From assembly GCF_000143415.4 (NCBI RefSeq), contig NW_003314274.1, positions 716,104 to 780,103 on the forward strand: a stretch of DNA of 64,000 bases, written 5' to 3'. The notes below the pieces were generated by a model. That model was not told where the DNA came from and ran no database searches. It saw only the letters and a list, made by a program, of their open reading frames with translations. This document shows positions 44,176 to 57,590 of this stretch, one piece after another. Every line of letters begins with the position of its first letter. Position 1 is the first letter of the stretch. Made by a program: the position numbers and the translations under genes. This DNA is from Selaginella moellendorffii (taxonomy: Eukaryota > Plantae > Lycopodiophyta).

Positions 44176-45629
44176 ACTTCCACGTGTCATGTGTTGGTCC
44201 TTTTTGGGTCCCTTTTTGGAGCCTTGCTTATTGCTCGCTTCGTGCGCGCTCCTTGAGCACTTTGTTGGGAGTTCCACTCCCGCTCTTGACCTTCCAAGTT
44301 GGAGCTTTTAGTCCAAACGTGTTACACTCGTTTGGGCTTTCGCTTCGGCCACTACCACGTGGCACCCTTTTCAGCTCCACTTTGGGGCCTAGGGATTTTG
44401 TGTCTCACAACTCCACCACCCATAGACGAAGTTCGATGTCCCCATCAAACAGTAAACCATTTTATAAAGTAACACCCGCATGTGTTACCATTTCCATCCT
44501 TGGCACCTAGCCAATATTTGTCAATGGTTTGACATTGAAGGCTCACCATACCTTCTCCATATTCGTCAATGGTTTGACACCAAAGGCTCGCCATGCCTTG
44601 CCCATCCTCTAAGGAGGATAGTCTCTCCAACTTAGAGACTCACTTGACCACCTAGGGTGGTTTGCTCCTTTTTATTGATTCAGTTCTCGCTAAACCTGTT
44701 AGAGACACCCTCTCTAACTCAATTCCACTACTCATTCTTGAGTAGTCACAGATTCCATTGATCTACCTTTGCACTTTGGAATGTTTACTTTTGACTTCTT
44801 GAAGTCAATTTGCTAGGTGTCTCCGACACCTTGCCTTGCACATTTGGTGCAACTCCACTTCCCCTCCTAGGAAGTTCTCTACTCGAGGGCACCCTCATCC
44901 TCTTTTCTATTTTTGTGCCACCATTGGCATTACGTTCCATTTATCATTATTTGTGCTAGGGCTATCCACGGCCCTATCTTTTGGCTACTTAGTTGCTCCC
45001 TCACTTGGAGCCTTTCCTTTGCCAAATTGGAGCACTTGGGAATCCATCCTTGGAAGTCCACTTCTTTCTCCGCAATCCGTTAGCATCAAACACATTAGTG
45101 TTCCTTGGCTAACTTTGCCACTTGGATTCTTTCCAATGGATTCCACGGCCCTATCTTGGGCACCCATCTTTTGCTCCTATCCTTGGATTGTTGCACCAAG
45201 CAATATAGGATCATTACCTCCCTCCTAGAGGTATTCTTTTGGTTCCATAGTAAAGGATCTGCTTTGCCCAGACTAGGGTGTTCACCCCTAGTAAGTCTCC
45301 CCAACTGTTCTAGGCTCTCTTCCTAGCCCAACCTTGTGACCCACCCATGGGCCTGTCTCTGGAGACTATTTTCTTGAACTCATAATACCATTGTATTGTA
45401 GTAGTTCATTTCCCTTAGGTGTCCTTCCCATTTAGTCACCTTGACCAAGCCACACCTTTATCAATAGTTCAAATCAACACTTTGAACAAGGAATCATATT
45501 CCTTAACCCAAACAAAGACCTTGTCCTTGTTTAGCCATAAGATCACCTAGTGATCTCATCTTGACCCCTTAATAAGTCTACCAATAGGAATTAGGTCTTC
45601 CAGACATTACTAAGTTGTTGACTATGACC

Positions 45630-46035
45630 CCGGGGGCATCCCCCACACTTGGCGGTGCGCCCAAGCTAGCCCTTCCGGCCAAGGATCCATAGCAACTGAG
45701 ATTGGGTGTCCCCATCTAATTCACCACGCCCTTGGTGCCTTTTGCACCAAAGTGTTCAAGTTAGATATGCCGAGCTTTCACTCTAAGCAATTTAACCATG
45801 CATCAGGACTCCGAGGCATCCCTCGCTTGGCGGTGTGCCCAAACCAGTCTCCTCACTGAGAGTCCATAACCACCGAAATATGAGTGTCCTCATATTCCAA
45901 ACCATCACCACGCCCTAGTGATTTGGGACTCGAACCCAAGCACTAGAGGGTCGGGGCTCGAACCCAACCTCCGTATATGCATCTACGGACAGCATCACCC
46001 TAGATGCCTGGCGTGACTCCCCACGCCGGTGCACC
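45630..46035 (-). ncRNA. Putative structured cis-RNA module in element C internal region (core duplicated)
   Basis: Two copies of the core (45630-45735, 45813-45920) plus T-loop-like hairpins 45915-45946 and 45947-45972. Confidence 0.55.
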
Positions 46036-49000
46036 AACTTATACTTAAAGCGCGCTATAGATCACAGCTTAGGAACCTAGTTCCTCCACACTACCAAGTC
46101 CTCTCACTTGACAAGTCTGTGATCATGCATGGACTCCTCCATGCTTGGCCCCATGGCCCACCCTTTTTGAAGTTATCACCTTCAACTAGGGTATTTGTTC
46201 CCCTGACTTGCCAATCTCGCTTTCGCAAGTCCTCCGACCACTGTAACATGGTTCCGCACAAGCGTGAAAGCCCTTGATCATCGACTTTCGTTCAAAGCCC
46301 TCTCTTTGAACACTCGGGAACTACTTCTCTAACTTTGATAGCCTTGCCTCATGGCAAGCTTCAAGACCACGCTTCTGCTGCGCCACTCTGATTTCGTGCG
46401 TTCTTTGAACCATTTATGCTTGGTCTTTCTAGGTACTAAGCTACCTAGAATCATCTTTGGGAACCTTGAAGGAACTCTGTCCCTTAGCTTGCTAAGGCCT
46501 CCCTTTTTGCAAGCTTTCCAATTACCATATAGTCTAACATGGACAATTCCATATTTTAGACTTTCCATGGCATCACAGTTGCTAGTGGCAACACCCTCGA
46601 GCCCCCACTTGATTCTTCACTCCCAGCTGGCATAACCAACTTTGGTTATGCCCTTCGATTCTTATGGTTTGGTTTTACCCCCATACCTCTTGCTTTTGGC
46701 TTCACACCTTTCCTTCGGTCATTCTCCTCTAGACCAGGAGGATAGCTTTGCACTTTCTATCATGCCTTAGCAAGTATTCTTAGGGATGAACCTACCCGAT
46801 AGCCTAGGGAGTGGTTCCTCAATCCAGGTATGCTCACCTTATAATCCCACACACCAAGATTATGTTGTTACTTATGGGCCTTTACATGCCCATTGCTAGC
46901 CTTGCCAAAATTCCATTTTTGGCTTTGTCCAATTCGAGTAGACAGTCTTCTCCTGTCTCCGCCACCTTGGACATTTGGATAGCACCTTCTATCCATCATT
47001 CGCTAGGGACTTAGTCCCTTGGGCCTTATCTATTGCCCTCGCGACATCAAACACCACTTCCTGGTGTTCTAGAGTGTTCAGGTGTCCCAATGATGGCTTC
47101 CTTGACAATGAGTATTTCCTTTCATGACATTGATTTACTATATTGCAACATAAGCAACTTATCCCCCGTAAGGGTATATCCAATTTCCTTATGCCATTAA
47201 GAAGGCTTGGGTAGCTACTTTCTACCCGTTTAACCAATTATTTTGCACCTCTTGCTTAGTTGCCTCATAATTGTCAAGTCCTACAACTCATTGCTGGTGC
47301 TTCCACACTTCCATCATTATCTGGGTCACCGCACTCCAACTGCATGCTCTGCAGCTTAGGCTATGCCATTCCCATTTCCATTGGGATTCCTTTGGTAAGG
47401 GGTTCTCATGAACCCACCAACATAGCTTCAAGGTATCACACCTTGGCACATTTGGTGTCTCCACACCATCGGCTCCACGAGCCTACCTCTATGACACTTC
47501 TTCTTTGTGTCTAAGTCTTTGCCAAGACCAATACCACTTTTTCTCATGCCAACCATCCGTTAGCACTACACCATAGAGGTCACACACAACTTTGTTTCAA
47601 AGTTGTTTTCTTTTTGGGAACACCCTTCCCACGACTTTAGCATGGCACATTTTGCCATCGATGAGATACCCTTTGTTCTCATCCTTGGATCCTATGATCC
47701 CCCCCCATCCTTCATGGGGTACCACACACTTCAGTCCAAATGCTTCCATCAGTCTTTTAGGACCATTCCTTGACTCTACTTGAGTCATCCAGCAGTTTTG
47801 GACTTGGTTAATCCACAGACCCGTAAGGTCCTACTTGTCGGGCACTAGCTTACTGGAATACACTTCTTGCATTCATGTCCTCACTCACAAGGACTATTTT
47901 CACAAGTGTTACTCTGACACTTGATTTTGTTCTCTGGGGCAACCTTTGCCCCTTAGGACTACTTGTCCATGTGATGAGAATACCAACTCATCTCTAAGTA
48001 CACCCCTCAACTCCTTGGGTTGTTCCAGCATTTATTAAAGGTAGCCCCGGCTACCATTTCAAGGACTTGAGCCCTCTTCCGTATTTGACCTCCCACAGTC
48101 ATTACTTTTGGTCTCACATTCATGAGCACCAACCTCAACTATATGAGGATAATCTTGTGACTCCTTTATTGCTTTGGAGTCTTTATCTTTCCCGTGATCC
48201 CAACTATAGTTGTTTATCACAACTACGTTAGCCCATTTGTTGCATCAAACACTCATTTGGATCACATCCTCAGCTCTTTGAGGAAACCTTATACTGTTCC
48301 CAAGATCCCAAAGTCGTTCCATTATTGGCCCCTTTTCTATCCACCACATTGTGCCGAAGTTCACGAATGAACTTGAGTGGAGAGCCATGTCCTCTCAACA
48401 TGCTACTCCTCAAGGATAAGCCCACTCCTAGGACCTTCCGATGCCAACATCAATGGTGATATACTTGAGCACCAATAAAAGTCGGACTAAGGAACAGCTC
48501 TGATACCAAGTTGTAAGCGACTAATTTTTCCATTCTACTTTAGTCACTTAACCACACCTTCGACCACTTGGAAGAGTCTCACTCACAACCTCCTTAAGTC
48601 CAATTCAGGGCTTGGGACTTACTAGCCCCGAGAATGGCATCCATGCCACTCATCCCTTGCATTTAGTCCAAGTGCTCCACGTGTCCGGTCCCAAGACCGA
48701 CACCCCAAGGTACCACCGACATACTAGCCCGTTACGCTAAGGCCATGCCCCTTTACCTTGGTCATACCGGTGGTCTAACACCACCTGCATCACAATCCCG
48801 TCTCTCAAGGACTGGACCATCCGTCCATGAGTGATCATTCCAGATCCACTCCTTAGCATCCTTAGGATGCCCACAGACGTGGGGAATAGCCTTCCCCAAT
48901 ATCCCTTTTCTGGTCCCCACCAAGTCCCTTTCTGCCCACGGCCGTGTTCACCAACACTACCACTGGATCGAGGCCCACCGGCCCGACCACTAAGTCCCAC

Positions 49001-50671
49001 GGTCCTCTGGGACTTCCTCACCACACGACTATGTCCTTGGTCACTACCCCAGAGGACTGCTCCTCTTTCTTTCCACAGTCTGGGCCTTTGGGACAACATT
49101 TCGGAACACCGTGGCCTTACGCGAGCCACCTGGGTACTCTCCCCACCTTTCACCTTTAGGTGCTCTAGCCATGGGCTTAGAGCGAGGTTCCGTTGAGCCA
49201 CGCCTGGTATCCAAGTAGGTAGTGCCACCCACACTTGGACTAAGAGCATCGGCCAGTCGATCTCCCGGGGGAACTAGAGCCGGCTCTTGAACACTTCACC
49301 AAGCTACCCCGCTTGTCGGTCCATATTCACTCTAGTCTTGGACTTCCTAGTGGTCAATTCATCACCCAACACTGGGTCTGGCCTTCCTGGGCCAAACTGG
49401 CCTTTCCTGGCCAAACTGGCTCCACTGCAGTCCTCCCCCTTACTATACTTTTGGAGCTCACCAAACCCCCTAGGGTCTGGGAAACGAACGCTTTGGGCTT
49501 TCACCCTCTCAGACTCGAACTCAGACTCGGACTCGGACTCGGACTCGGACTCGGACTCGGACTCGGACTCGGACTCGGGCTCGGGCTCGGTCTCAGCCTT
49601 GGCCTCGGACTCGGACTCGGGCTCGGGCTCGGTCTCAGCCTTGGCCTCGGTCTCGGTCTCGGTCCCGGTCTCGGTCCCGGTCCCGGTCTCGGTCTCGACC
49701 TCGGACTCCATCTCGGGTCCTTCTCGGACTCCATCTTGGACTCCATCTTGGACTCCGTCTCAGTCCATCTCGGACTCCATCTCGGACTCCGTCTCGGACT
49801 CCATCTCGGACTCCGTCTCGGACTCCATCTCGGACTCCATCTCGAACTCCGTCTCGGTCCATCTCGGGTCCATCTCGGACTCCGTCTCGGTCCACCTCGG
49901 ACTCCATCTTGAACTCCATCTCGGGTCCATCTCAGACTCCATCTTGGACTCCATCTCGGGTCCATCTCGAACTCCTTCTCGGTCCACCTCGGACTCCATC
50001 TCGGACTCCATCTTGGGTCCATCTCGGACTCCATCTCGGGTCCATCTCGGACTTCATCTCGGTCCACCTCAGACTCCACTTCGGGTCCATCTCGGACTCC
50101 AACTAGGGTCTGCCTCGGACTCCATCTCGGACACTTCCACGTGTCATGTGTTGGTCCTTTTTGGGTCCCTTTTTGGAGCCTTGCTTATTGCTCGCTTCGT
50201 GCTCGCTCCTTGAGCACTTTGTTGGGAGTTCCACTCCCGCTCTTGACCTTCCAAGTCGGAGCTTTTAGTCCAAACGTGTTACACTCGTTTGGGCTTTTGC
50301 TTCGGCCACTACCATGTGGCACCCTTTCCGGCTCCACTTTGGGGCCTAGGGATTTTGTGTCTCACAACTCCACCACCCATAGACGAAGTTCGATGTCCCC
50401 ATCGAACGGTAAACCATTTTATAAAGTAACACCCGCATGTGTTACCATTTCCATCCTTGGCACCTAGCCAATATTTGTCAATGGTTTGACATTGAAGGCT
50501 CACCATGCCTTCTCCATATTCGTCAATAGTTTGACACCAAAGGCTTGCCATGCCTTGCCCATCCTCTAAGGAGGATAGTCCCTCCAACTTAGAGACTCAC
50601 TTGACCACCTGGGGTGGTTTGCTCCTTTTTATTGGTTCAGTTCTCGCTAAACCCATTAGAGACACCCTCTC

Positions 50672-50930
50672 TGACCGAAATGAAACTAACACAAAGGGCA
50701 TGATAGCGAGTAAGCTATCATCTAGCGAATATTAAAGGACCAATTTCAATATTGCAGGGGTTCTTAATAGTAGCAAGTGCAAGCCAATGACTTAAGTTTC
50801 TTAAACCAGGCCGAATATGCTCAGTAAGAAACACATAGGGTTCCTACTCTATGTTGATCCAATCTAAGTACATGGTCATTGATCAGTTTCTCAACTAGCT
50901 ACAACGGCAACGCTCATCGGCGTCCTCTGG
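50672..50930. mobile_element. Start of another LTR (family E, TGACCGAAATG...) inserted in C, truncated by the assembly gap
   Basis: Abrupt departure from C internal sequence at a TG; homologous to 15950-16309 and 27689-28048 within the element A LTRs. Confidence 0.65.
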
Positions 50931-52925
50931 NNNNNNNNNNNNNNNNNNNNNNNNNNNNNNNNNNNNNNNNNNNNNNNNNNNNNNNNNNNNNNNNNNNNNN
51001 NNNNNNNNNNNNNNNNNNNNNNNNNNNNNNTCCCCAAGGGGGGCCCCCCCCCCCATGGGCCAAAAGCCCCATAGCCATTTTCCCTTCCGGGAGGGGGGGC
51101 TTTTCTTGGGCCCTTCCTGGGGGGGCCCTTTTAGCCCCCCCCAAATCCAGGCTCATTCCCCCCCAAGGCCCCTTGGCCCCAGTTTCAACCCCAAGTCAAT
51201 TTGGAAGCCCCCCTGGGAGAGTTCTTTTCAAGACTGGTTCCTAGACCCCCCTATCCCTACTATATTTTTGGAACCCCCTGGAGGCCCCCGGGCCCCCCCC
51301 CCCCCCCCCCCTAGGAGACACACGCTTTGGGCTTTCACCCTCAACTTGTATTAGTACTTAGACTCGGTCTTGGACTCGATTGCGGACTTGATCTCGGACC
51401 CGACCTCAGACTTGGTCTCAGACTCGATCTTGGACTCAACCTCGGACCCTATCTCGGACTCGGTCTCGGACCCAATCTTAGATCTCAGACTCTGTCTCGA
51501 ACTTGGTCTTGAACTCAGTCTCGAACTCGGTCTCGGAGTCAATCTCGAACTCGATCCCGGACTCTATCTCGAACTCGGTCTCAGAGTCATTCGTGGACTT
51601 GATCTTAGACTTGGTCCCATCCGATGAACTCTTTATCATTTAAATCGTGCTTTCGGGGATCCTTTTAACCTATGACACCTTGGGGAGTTGGTTCCTTACA
51701 TGGGCATTCATGGATTTTAAAGAGTTGGCATATCTTGACTACACTTGACCTTTTATTTTGCGCATGGATGCTTTTAATATTAATCTTGGAAGTGTGTTGA
51801 TGCAAAAGAGCCTGAGTGTACTTAGTTAGCACCATCCCATTGCATATATAAGTTGTATATTACAACTAGTAAAGATGAATTATTCCACGCCAAAAAAGGA
51901 GTGTTTAGCAGTAGTCTAAGGTTTCGAGAAATTTCATACATATCTATATGGTTCTCGGAAGTTACTAGAAGGTGATCATATTGTTGTTACTTCAATATTG
52001 AAGTGGAAGAACCTGATTGGTTGTACTACTTAGTGGGCTTTGAAGTTTCAAATATATAATTTTGATATTGTTCATCGCCCGGGGAGTTCTATAACTGATG
52101 CTAATGTCTTTTCTCGAGCTCCTCTTTCTTCTTCACTCTCTTCTTATGTTTCTGACAAATTTGTTGTTCCAACATCTGTGGATTTTCTAGATGAGGATTC
52201 TATATCGTCGATAGTTGTTGTACTTGATGTTTAGTGTCCACAAGGTGCAGAGCAAGAGCTATTTGCTAATGACTTGCTATTCCGGCATTTACATCCTCAA
52301 TATCGCCTTGAAGATGGCCTTCTTTATTTTGTGGGGACGGATCCTGATGATCATTTAAGGCTGGTAGTGCCTTCCATCTTTATTCCATGGTTTCTCCATG
52401 TCTACCATGATTCTGCTATTCTCTACAGGCATATGGGACATCGTCATATGACCAAGAAGCTACACAGGTCTTTTTATTGGCCAGAGCTACAACATGATGC
52501 TATCTGATATGTGCATAACTGTGTTTGGTGCCAAGCTCGTAATACTCCCCATCGTATCACGGAAGGACAATTGGAGTCAATTGTAGTTTCTCGTCTATTT
52601 GAGTTGGTGGTGTTTGATCTTATGGGACTTTTTCCACGATCAATTATTGGTAATGAATATATTATTATTGTTTTTGACTATTTGACTTATTGGGTGGAAG
52701 TTGGTGTTCTTGCTAGCACCTTTGCATATGCTGTGGTATACTTTTTCCTCAATTGAGTGGTGTTTTAGCATTCTTGTTTGGAGTGGATTCTTTCAGATGA
52801 TGGTCTTGCATTTATGCTTTAGGCATTTCATGTTTTGACATCTCAGTTGGGGATATGCCACACTTTCACGAGTGCTTATCATCCACAATCAAACGGTTTG
52901 GTGGAATGGCTTATTTGGACATTCA

Positions 52926-54080
52926 TGTAAGGAACCAACTTGCCGAGGTGTCGTAGGTTAAAGGAACCCTAAAAGCATGACCAAAATGACAAAGAGTTCA
53001 TCGGATGGGACCAAGTCGAAGATCGAGTCCAAGACCGACTCTAGGACTGAGTTCGAGATAGAGTCCGGAATCGAGTCCGAGACCGACTCGGGGACTGAGT
53101 TCGAGTCCGAGTTCGAGACCGAGTTCGAGACGGAGTCCGAGATCCGAAATCAGGTCCGAGACCGAGTCCGAGGTCGAGTCCGAGGTCGGGTCCGAGATCG
53201 GGTCCAAGATCGAGTCCGAGATCGAGTCCGAGACCGAATCCGAAGTCGGATCCGAAATCGGGTCCGAGATCGAGCCAAAGACTAAGTCCAAATACTAATA
53301 CGGGTCAAGGGGTGAAAGCCCAAAGCGTGCGTCTCCCAAGGGGGGGGGGGGCTGCAGGGGGTTCCAAAAGTATAGTAGGGATAGTGAGGTCTAGGAACTA
53401 GTCTTGAAGGAACTCTCCCGTGGTGCTTCCAAACTGACTTGAGGTTGAGACTGGGGCCGAGGGGCCTTGGGTGGGAGTGAGCATGGGCTTGAGTGGTGCC
53501 GGAGGGGCCACCCAGGGAAGTGCTCAAGAGCAGCTCCCACTCCCGAAAGGGAAACCGACTACGGTGCTCCCGGCTCATGTGGAGTGGTGCCCCACTTGAG
53601 TACCTTGTGGCTCATTGGTCCTCACCCTTCCTAGGGGCTTGGGCCTTCCCTTCGGGATGGAAGTGGGGGGGTAGAGGTACCCATACCGGGCCGTTAGGCC
53701 ACGGTGTTTCGCCCCGACGTCTCGAAGCAAGTGCTGCACCCAAGACTTGGGATTTAGAGGGTCCCATGATCAAGTCTTGTGGTACCAAGGGGTGTTAGGA
53801 ATCTGGAGGCTTAGTGTGCTTGGCTGCTTGTGCCTGCGGGGAGTGTACCTTAAGTCCAGTCTAACCCGGGGAGGGGGATTGGGAGAGATTTGGGAATCCG
53901 TAAATGGATGGCTAACACTCTGTTGCTCGTGCAATGAGTAGCTGAAACCAAGTAGGACCAAGTAGGAGCTGGTACCATAGGCGGGAACCTTGGCGAGGGA
54001 ACATAGCACAAGCCAAGGCAGAGTTGGTCGGATAGACGAGGTAAGCTAGCAAATTGGAAAGGAAAAATTTGTGGCTTACA
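52926..54080 (+). mobile_element. Solo LTR of family B inserted in D's integrase
   Basis: TGTAAG..CTTACA ends, perfect TSD ATTCA (52921-52925, 54081-54085), reverse complement of 32867-33995. Confidence 0.95.
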
Positions 54081-55905
54081 ATTCAAATGAATGATCACGA
54101 AGTACGTGAACTTTTAGCATTCAGATTGGGATGGTTATTTGCCGTCTATTCAGTATGCATATATTACAGAGGTGTAGAATTTTATTAATGTTTCACCATA
54201 TAAACTTTTATATGGTCATGATCCAATTTTACCAATAGAGCTAGGTTTACCTTCGCAATTGCCATGAGCTACTAAAGCTAGGTCGTAGGATCAGTATTTG
54301 ATGAACATTCTTCCACTTGTTCGAGCAGCATCTGCCAAACACTTCGGCTGCGTATAAGTGGGACAACAACGGTGCTACAATTCCCATTATCGTCCACTTG
54401 CGGAATACAAAGTGGATGACTTGGTGTTAATCTATTTTCTTGATCTTATAGTACATGGTTTATCTAAGGGGCTCTTTGCTCAATGAAAAGGACCGTATCG
54501 GGTGTTGTGGCAAGTTGGACCACAAGTTTATAAGGTTTAGCATGACATTCAGTAGATTGATCCTTCAGAAATTGTACATGTGCAACAGTTGAAATGCTTC
54601 ATACAAAGGGATCATGAACAACTAATACCACTTATATATCCGCCGATGCCTCCTCCTAACATTCCTTTAGATCCCAACCTTTTTACAAACGAATCCTAAT
54701 GGTCTTCTATTATTCCAATAGGAGGGGATGATGTGAGGTCCAAGTGTATGGCTATAATGCTGTATACTAATATTAATGTAGTGGGATTTTAGTAGCCATC
54801 GGATTAATTTCAATTTAGACCATTCACTCCTATATATAAGATAGGATTTTTTGGCTAATTGATATATACATTTTCTATATTACTTTTCCATATTACATGC
54901 ACTTACAGCACTTATGATTTTTAAAAAAGAATTTAAAAATAAACAGCCTTAAGTGTTTTAATATTTCAATTGATTAAGAGATTTTGAAAATTTGATCACT
55001 ATTGGGGTTTTAAATCTACATGAGAATCGAAGAGTAAAATTAACTAGACCACATTGATCACAAGGAATTTACCTTGAACTCGTCAAGTGTGGTTTGCACA
55101 ATTTTGCAGCCAATTTGTTGTAGTCTGCTCACAACAACAACCAAGTGTCGAGGCACAACTCAAGACATGGAAATGGATGACTGTGTTATGGCTGTGGTTG
55201 TTCTAATATCCTAAAATTTAATAGCTATTTTCATATATCATAGACTCCAATTAGGGTTTTGCCAAATGGAGTTTTTATTGTAGCCATAAGCAAGTGCCAT
55301 GCACTCACTTGTTACTTGGCTATAACTCCTAGGACTGGGTGAAAGTCCAAAGCATGCCTTGCTGCTTGGCATGGCACTTCTTGCTTGGTGGCAGCCCTAG
55401 CAACTAGGTGATTGAGCACCATGGCTAGCTTTGCAGCAGCCCTAGTGGGCACTATAGCATAGCGTTGTTGCACACCACTTGGCAAGGTGCTTCTATAGCA
55501 CGGCAGAGGTATGGCAGCCACGGCCAGTGTTGCTAAGCTATGTGAGTGGTGGATTTAGCAATCTTAGCTTGCAGCCACTAGTGCATTTATATGGTAAGAT
55601 CTAGAGCACACTAGAATCAAATAGTGGCACATCAAGAGCACACTAGATAATGACACGATTTATGCCTTGCCTTAACTTGATCATGGTGTAGTAACACCAG
55701 CAGCCAATTAGTTTCCTGCAAGATTTCATGCACTCACACAACTAACAATTTTTAAAATTTAAAAGTAAGTAGATTGAAGTTTATACCTGAAAGCATAATT
55801 TTTCATTGCCCATATTATCGTTGTGTTTTAAGCTTCAGTTTCATTGGATCAAATTCTTCTCTTTTTTTTTCTTTCTTGGAAGAAGCATTTCTTGTTCCTA
55901 TACAA

Positions 55906-57269
55906 TCACCGCTTGCTTGTCTCGAATCCCAGCTCTATGTCTTTGACTGGAGGAGCTCCTATATGCTCTTGGAAATCGCTGGCCTTGAGCAATGACACAT
56001 CTTCTTCATCGCCGACGGTAAAAGGGTCGCTGCTGGTGTTGCTCTTGATGTAAGCCGGGGCTGCCGCTGCGGCCTTCTTCTCGGCCTCGGCAGCTCTTCC
56101 GTAAAAAACCATGCCAATCACCGTGATCACCATGCCAAGGATGTTCTTGGACGTGATTATGTCGTGGAAAAACAGCCAGCCCATCGCAAGAACACACACC
56201 GTTTTTATGTGTCCCAGAACTTGGAACGTCACGGCCGAGAATCGGCCAATGACGAGATACTGACTTACGTTGCAGCCCACGGCCAGGAGGCACGAAAGGC
56301 TGATGAAGAGCTGGAAACCACAAACAAAAGATAGTACCGAATGAGCAGTCGATCCAAGAGAAAAAAAGAGCAGGAACTTACAAATGCTGCCGTCGATAAG
56401 GTGTAGTTCAACAAGTAGTTCCCTGTCAAGGCAAAATCCATGAATGGTCCCAGAGGTAGCAGCGAGGCAGCCTGGATTGGAGCGGTCTTGCTCAGTAGCT
56501 CAAACGAGGAAACGTTGTGCTTCTTTTGCAACGAACCGATGAACTGCGACAAGAGAAAAACGACGTCAGAGGCTTTGAAAGTCAGAAAGTAAAAGAAGAA
56601 GAAAAAACGAAGATTCCTTACGATCTGTTGCAATGCCGTAGCTAGCACGGCCATGACCGCAGCCATGAATCCTTTGAAGTTCACAGTCACATCTGTTACT
56701 GTGACAATGGCGACGCCAAACACGACCATGATCACCGAGAGTATCACCGGTCTGCTGTAAGTTTTGGCGTTGAGCACTCTCTCCAAGACGCAAACCACTG
56801 GTATCATGCTCAGCTTCGCGATCTGGATCAAGCAAGCAAAAAGAGAAAGAAAAAAGAGAAAGTGAGAGCTCTGGACAGGAATCCTTGGAGACTAACCTGG
56901 TAGAAGCCGACCGAGTTGAGCAAAAGGCTAAGATTCATTCCCACAATGGAGACGTTCGCAACGAGCGAGAACCAAAAGAGATCCCAGAAAGGGATCGGCT
57001 TGAGCGTGGTGTAGCCCAGCGCCGCTGAGGCAAAGCCTGCGAGGGACGTGACTCCAAAATGGCACGCTGTGAGCGTCGTAGCTGACCAAACACCGCGAGA
57101 GAGATGAGCATCAGAAAATTTCCCCAAAGAATGCGGGCAACCCACCGAATCTAAAGCCATAGCTCGACATAACCACCTTGTTGACGAAGATCAAGCCCAC
57201 GGAAGTGACGACATTGAGCGCCCAGGATCCCACATCCCCCGCCAGCCTCTGCCTCTTCTCGCTCGCCAT
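55906..57269 (-). CDS. URGT: Golgi nucleotide-sugar transporter, UDP-rhamnose/UDP-galactose transporter family (5 exons)
   Basis: [97 protein letters not shown]. Exons ~57269-57146, 57081-56897, 56824-56622, 56544-56383, 56310-55906. Confidence 0.93.
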
Positions 57270-57493
57270 CGCTGCGATAAAATTCCGGGACGCGATCACA
57301 CCACCATGAGCTCCGGCGCGCAGGGTGTCCCAGATTTCCCCACCGATCCCCTCCGGAATCTAACCTACCGGGGGACCAAACACCAGAACCCTAATTTCCA
57401 AATCTAGCGCGCTGGGCGCTTCTTTTCCCCCTTTTCCTCCGGGCTCTATTTCTACCTTTTTCACCTTTTTCTCCGGGTGTTATGTGTGCCGTC

Positions 57494-57590
57494 CACGTGA
57501 GACGGTAACTTCGTATTTACCCTGTCGGGGCAAGAAGATCCGACTCTGGCCGTTACCGGCGAATATACCCGATTACGGTGACGAATATCC
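57494..57590. promoter_or_regulatory. G-box and two P1BS (GNATATNC) motifs upstream of the URGT gene
   Basis: CACGTG 57494-57499, GAATATAC 57561-57568, GAATATCC 57583-57590. Confidence 0.4.

Larger units (their letters stand above)
42507..50671 (-). mobile_element. Element C: non-autonomous LTR element in tandem arrangement (LTR-internal-LTR-internal...), inserted in B's 5' LTR
   Basis: LTRs 42507-44409 and 48512-50366 (TGTAAGCG..CTCACA), iMet PBS TGGTATCAGAGC at 48508-48497. PPT and internal start follow both LTRs (44410-44714 repeated at 50367-50671). No intact gag/pol. Confidence 0.88.
32867..51700 (-). mobile_element. Element B: decayed autonomous Ty3/gypsy (chromovirus-type) inserted in D
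   Basis: 3' LTR 32867-33995, PPT at 33996-34009, PBS TGGTATCGGAGCC (42343-42331). The 5' LTR starts at 42347, is interrupted at 42506 and apparently ends at 51700 after the gap. Flanks GTGGC/TGGGC are only an imperfect TSD. Confidence 0.8.
30012..54897 (+). mobile_element. Element D: old, decayed Ty3/gypsy retrotransposon hosting the nested stack
   Basis: Short diverged LTRs at 30012-~30160 and 54732-~54897 (both start TGTGAGGTCCAAGTGTATGGCTA), PPT AGGAGGGGATGA before 54732. Decayed gag (PMEVD ~31060), RT (~31980-32866), RNase H/integrase (51701-52925, 54086-54600; HPQSNGLVE) are collinear across the insertions. No TSD found. Confidence 0.8.

Noticed and set aside
45915-45975. GGTTCGAGTCC B-box motifs as tRNA genes
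   Set aside because: No D-arm, anticodon arm or A-box; only T-arm-like hairpins (kept as part of the structured-RNA finding).
51031-51312. G/C homopolymer-rich divergent version of the B LTR
   Set aside because: Adjacent to an N gap with inflated homopolymers; most likely low-quality read-end sequence.
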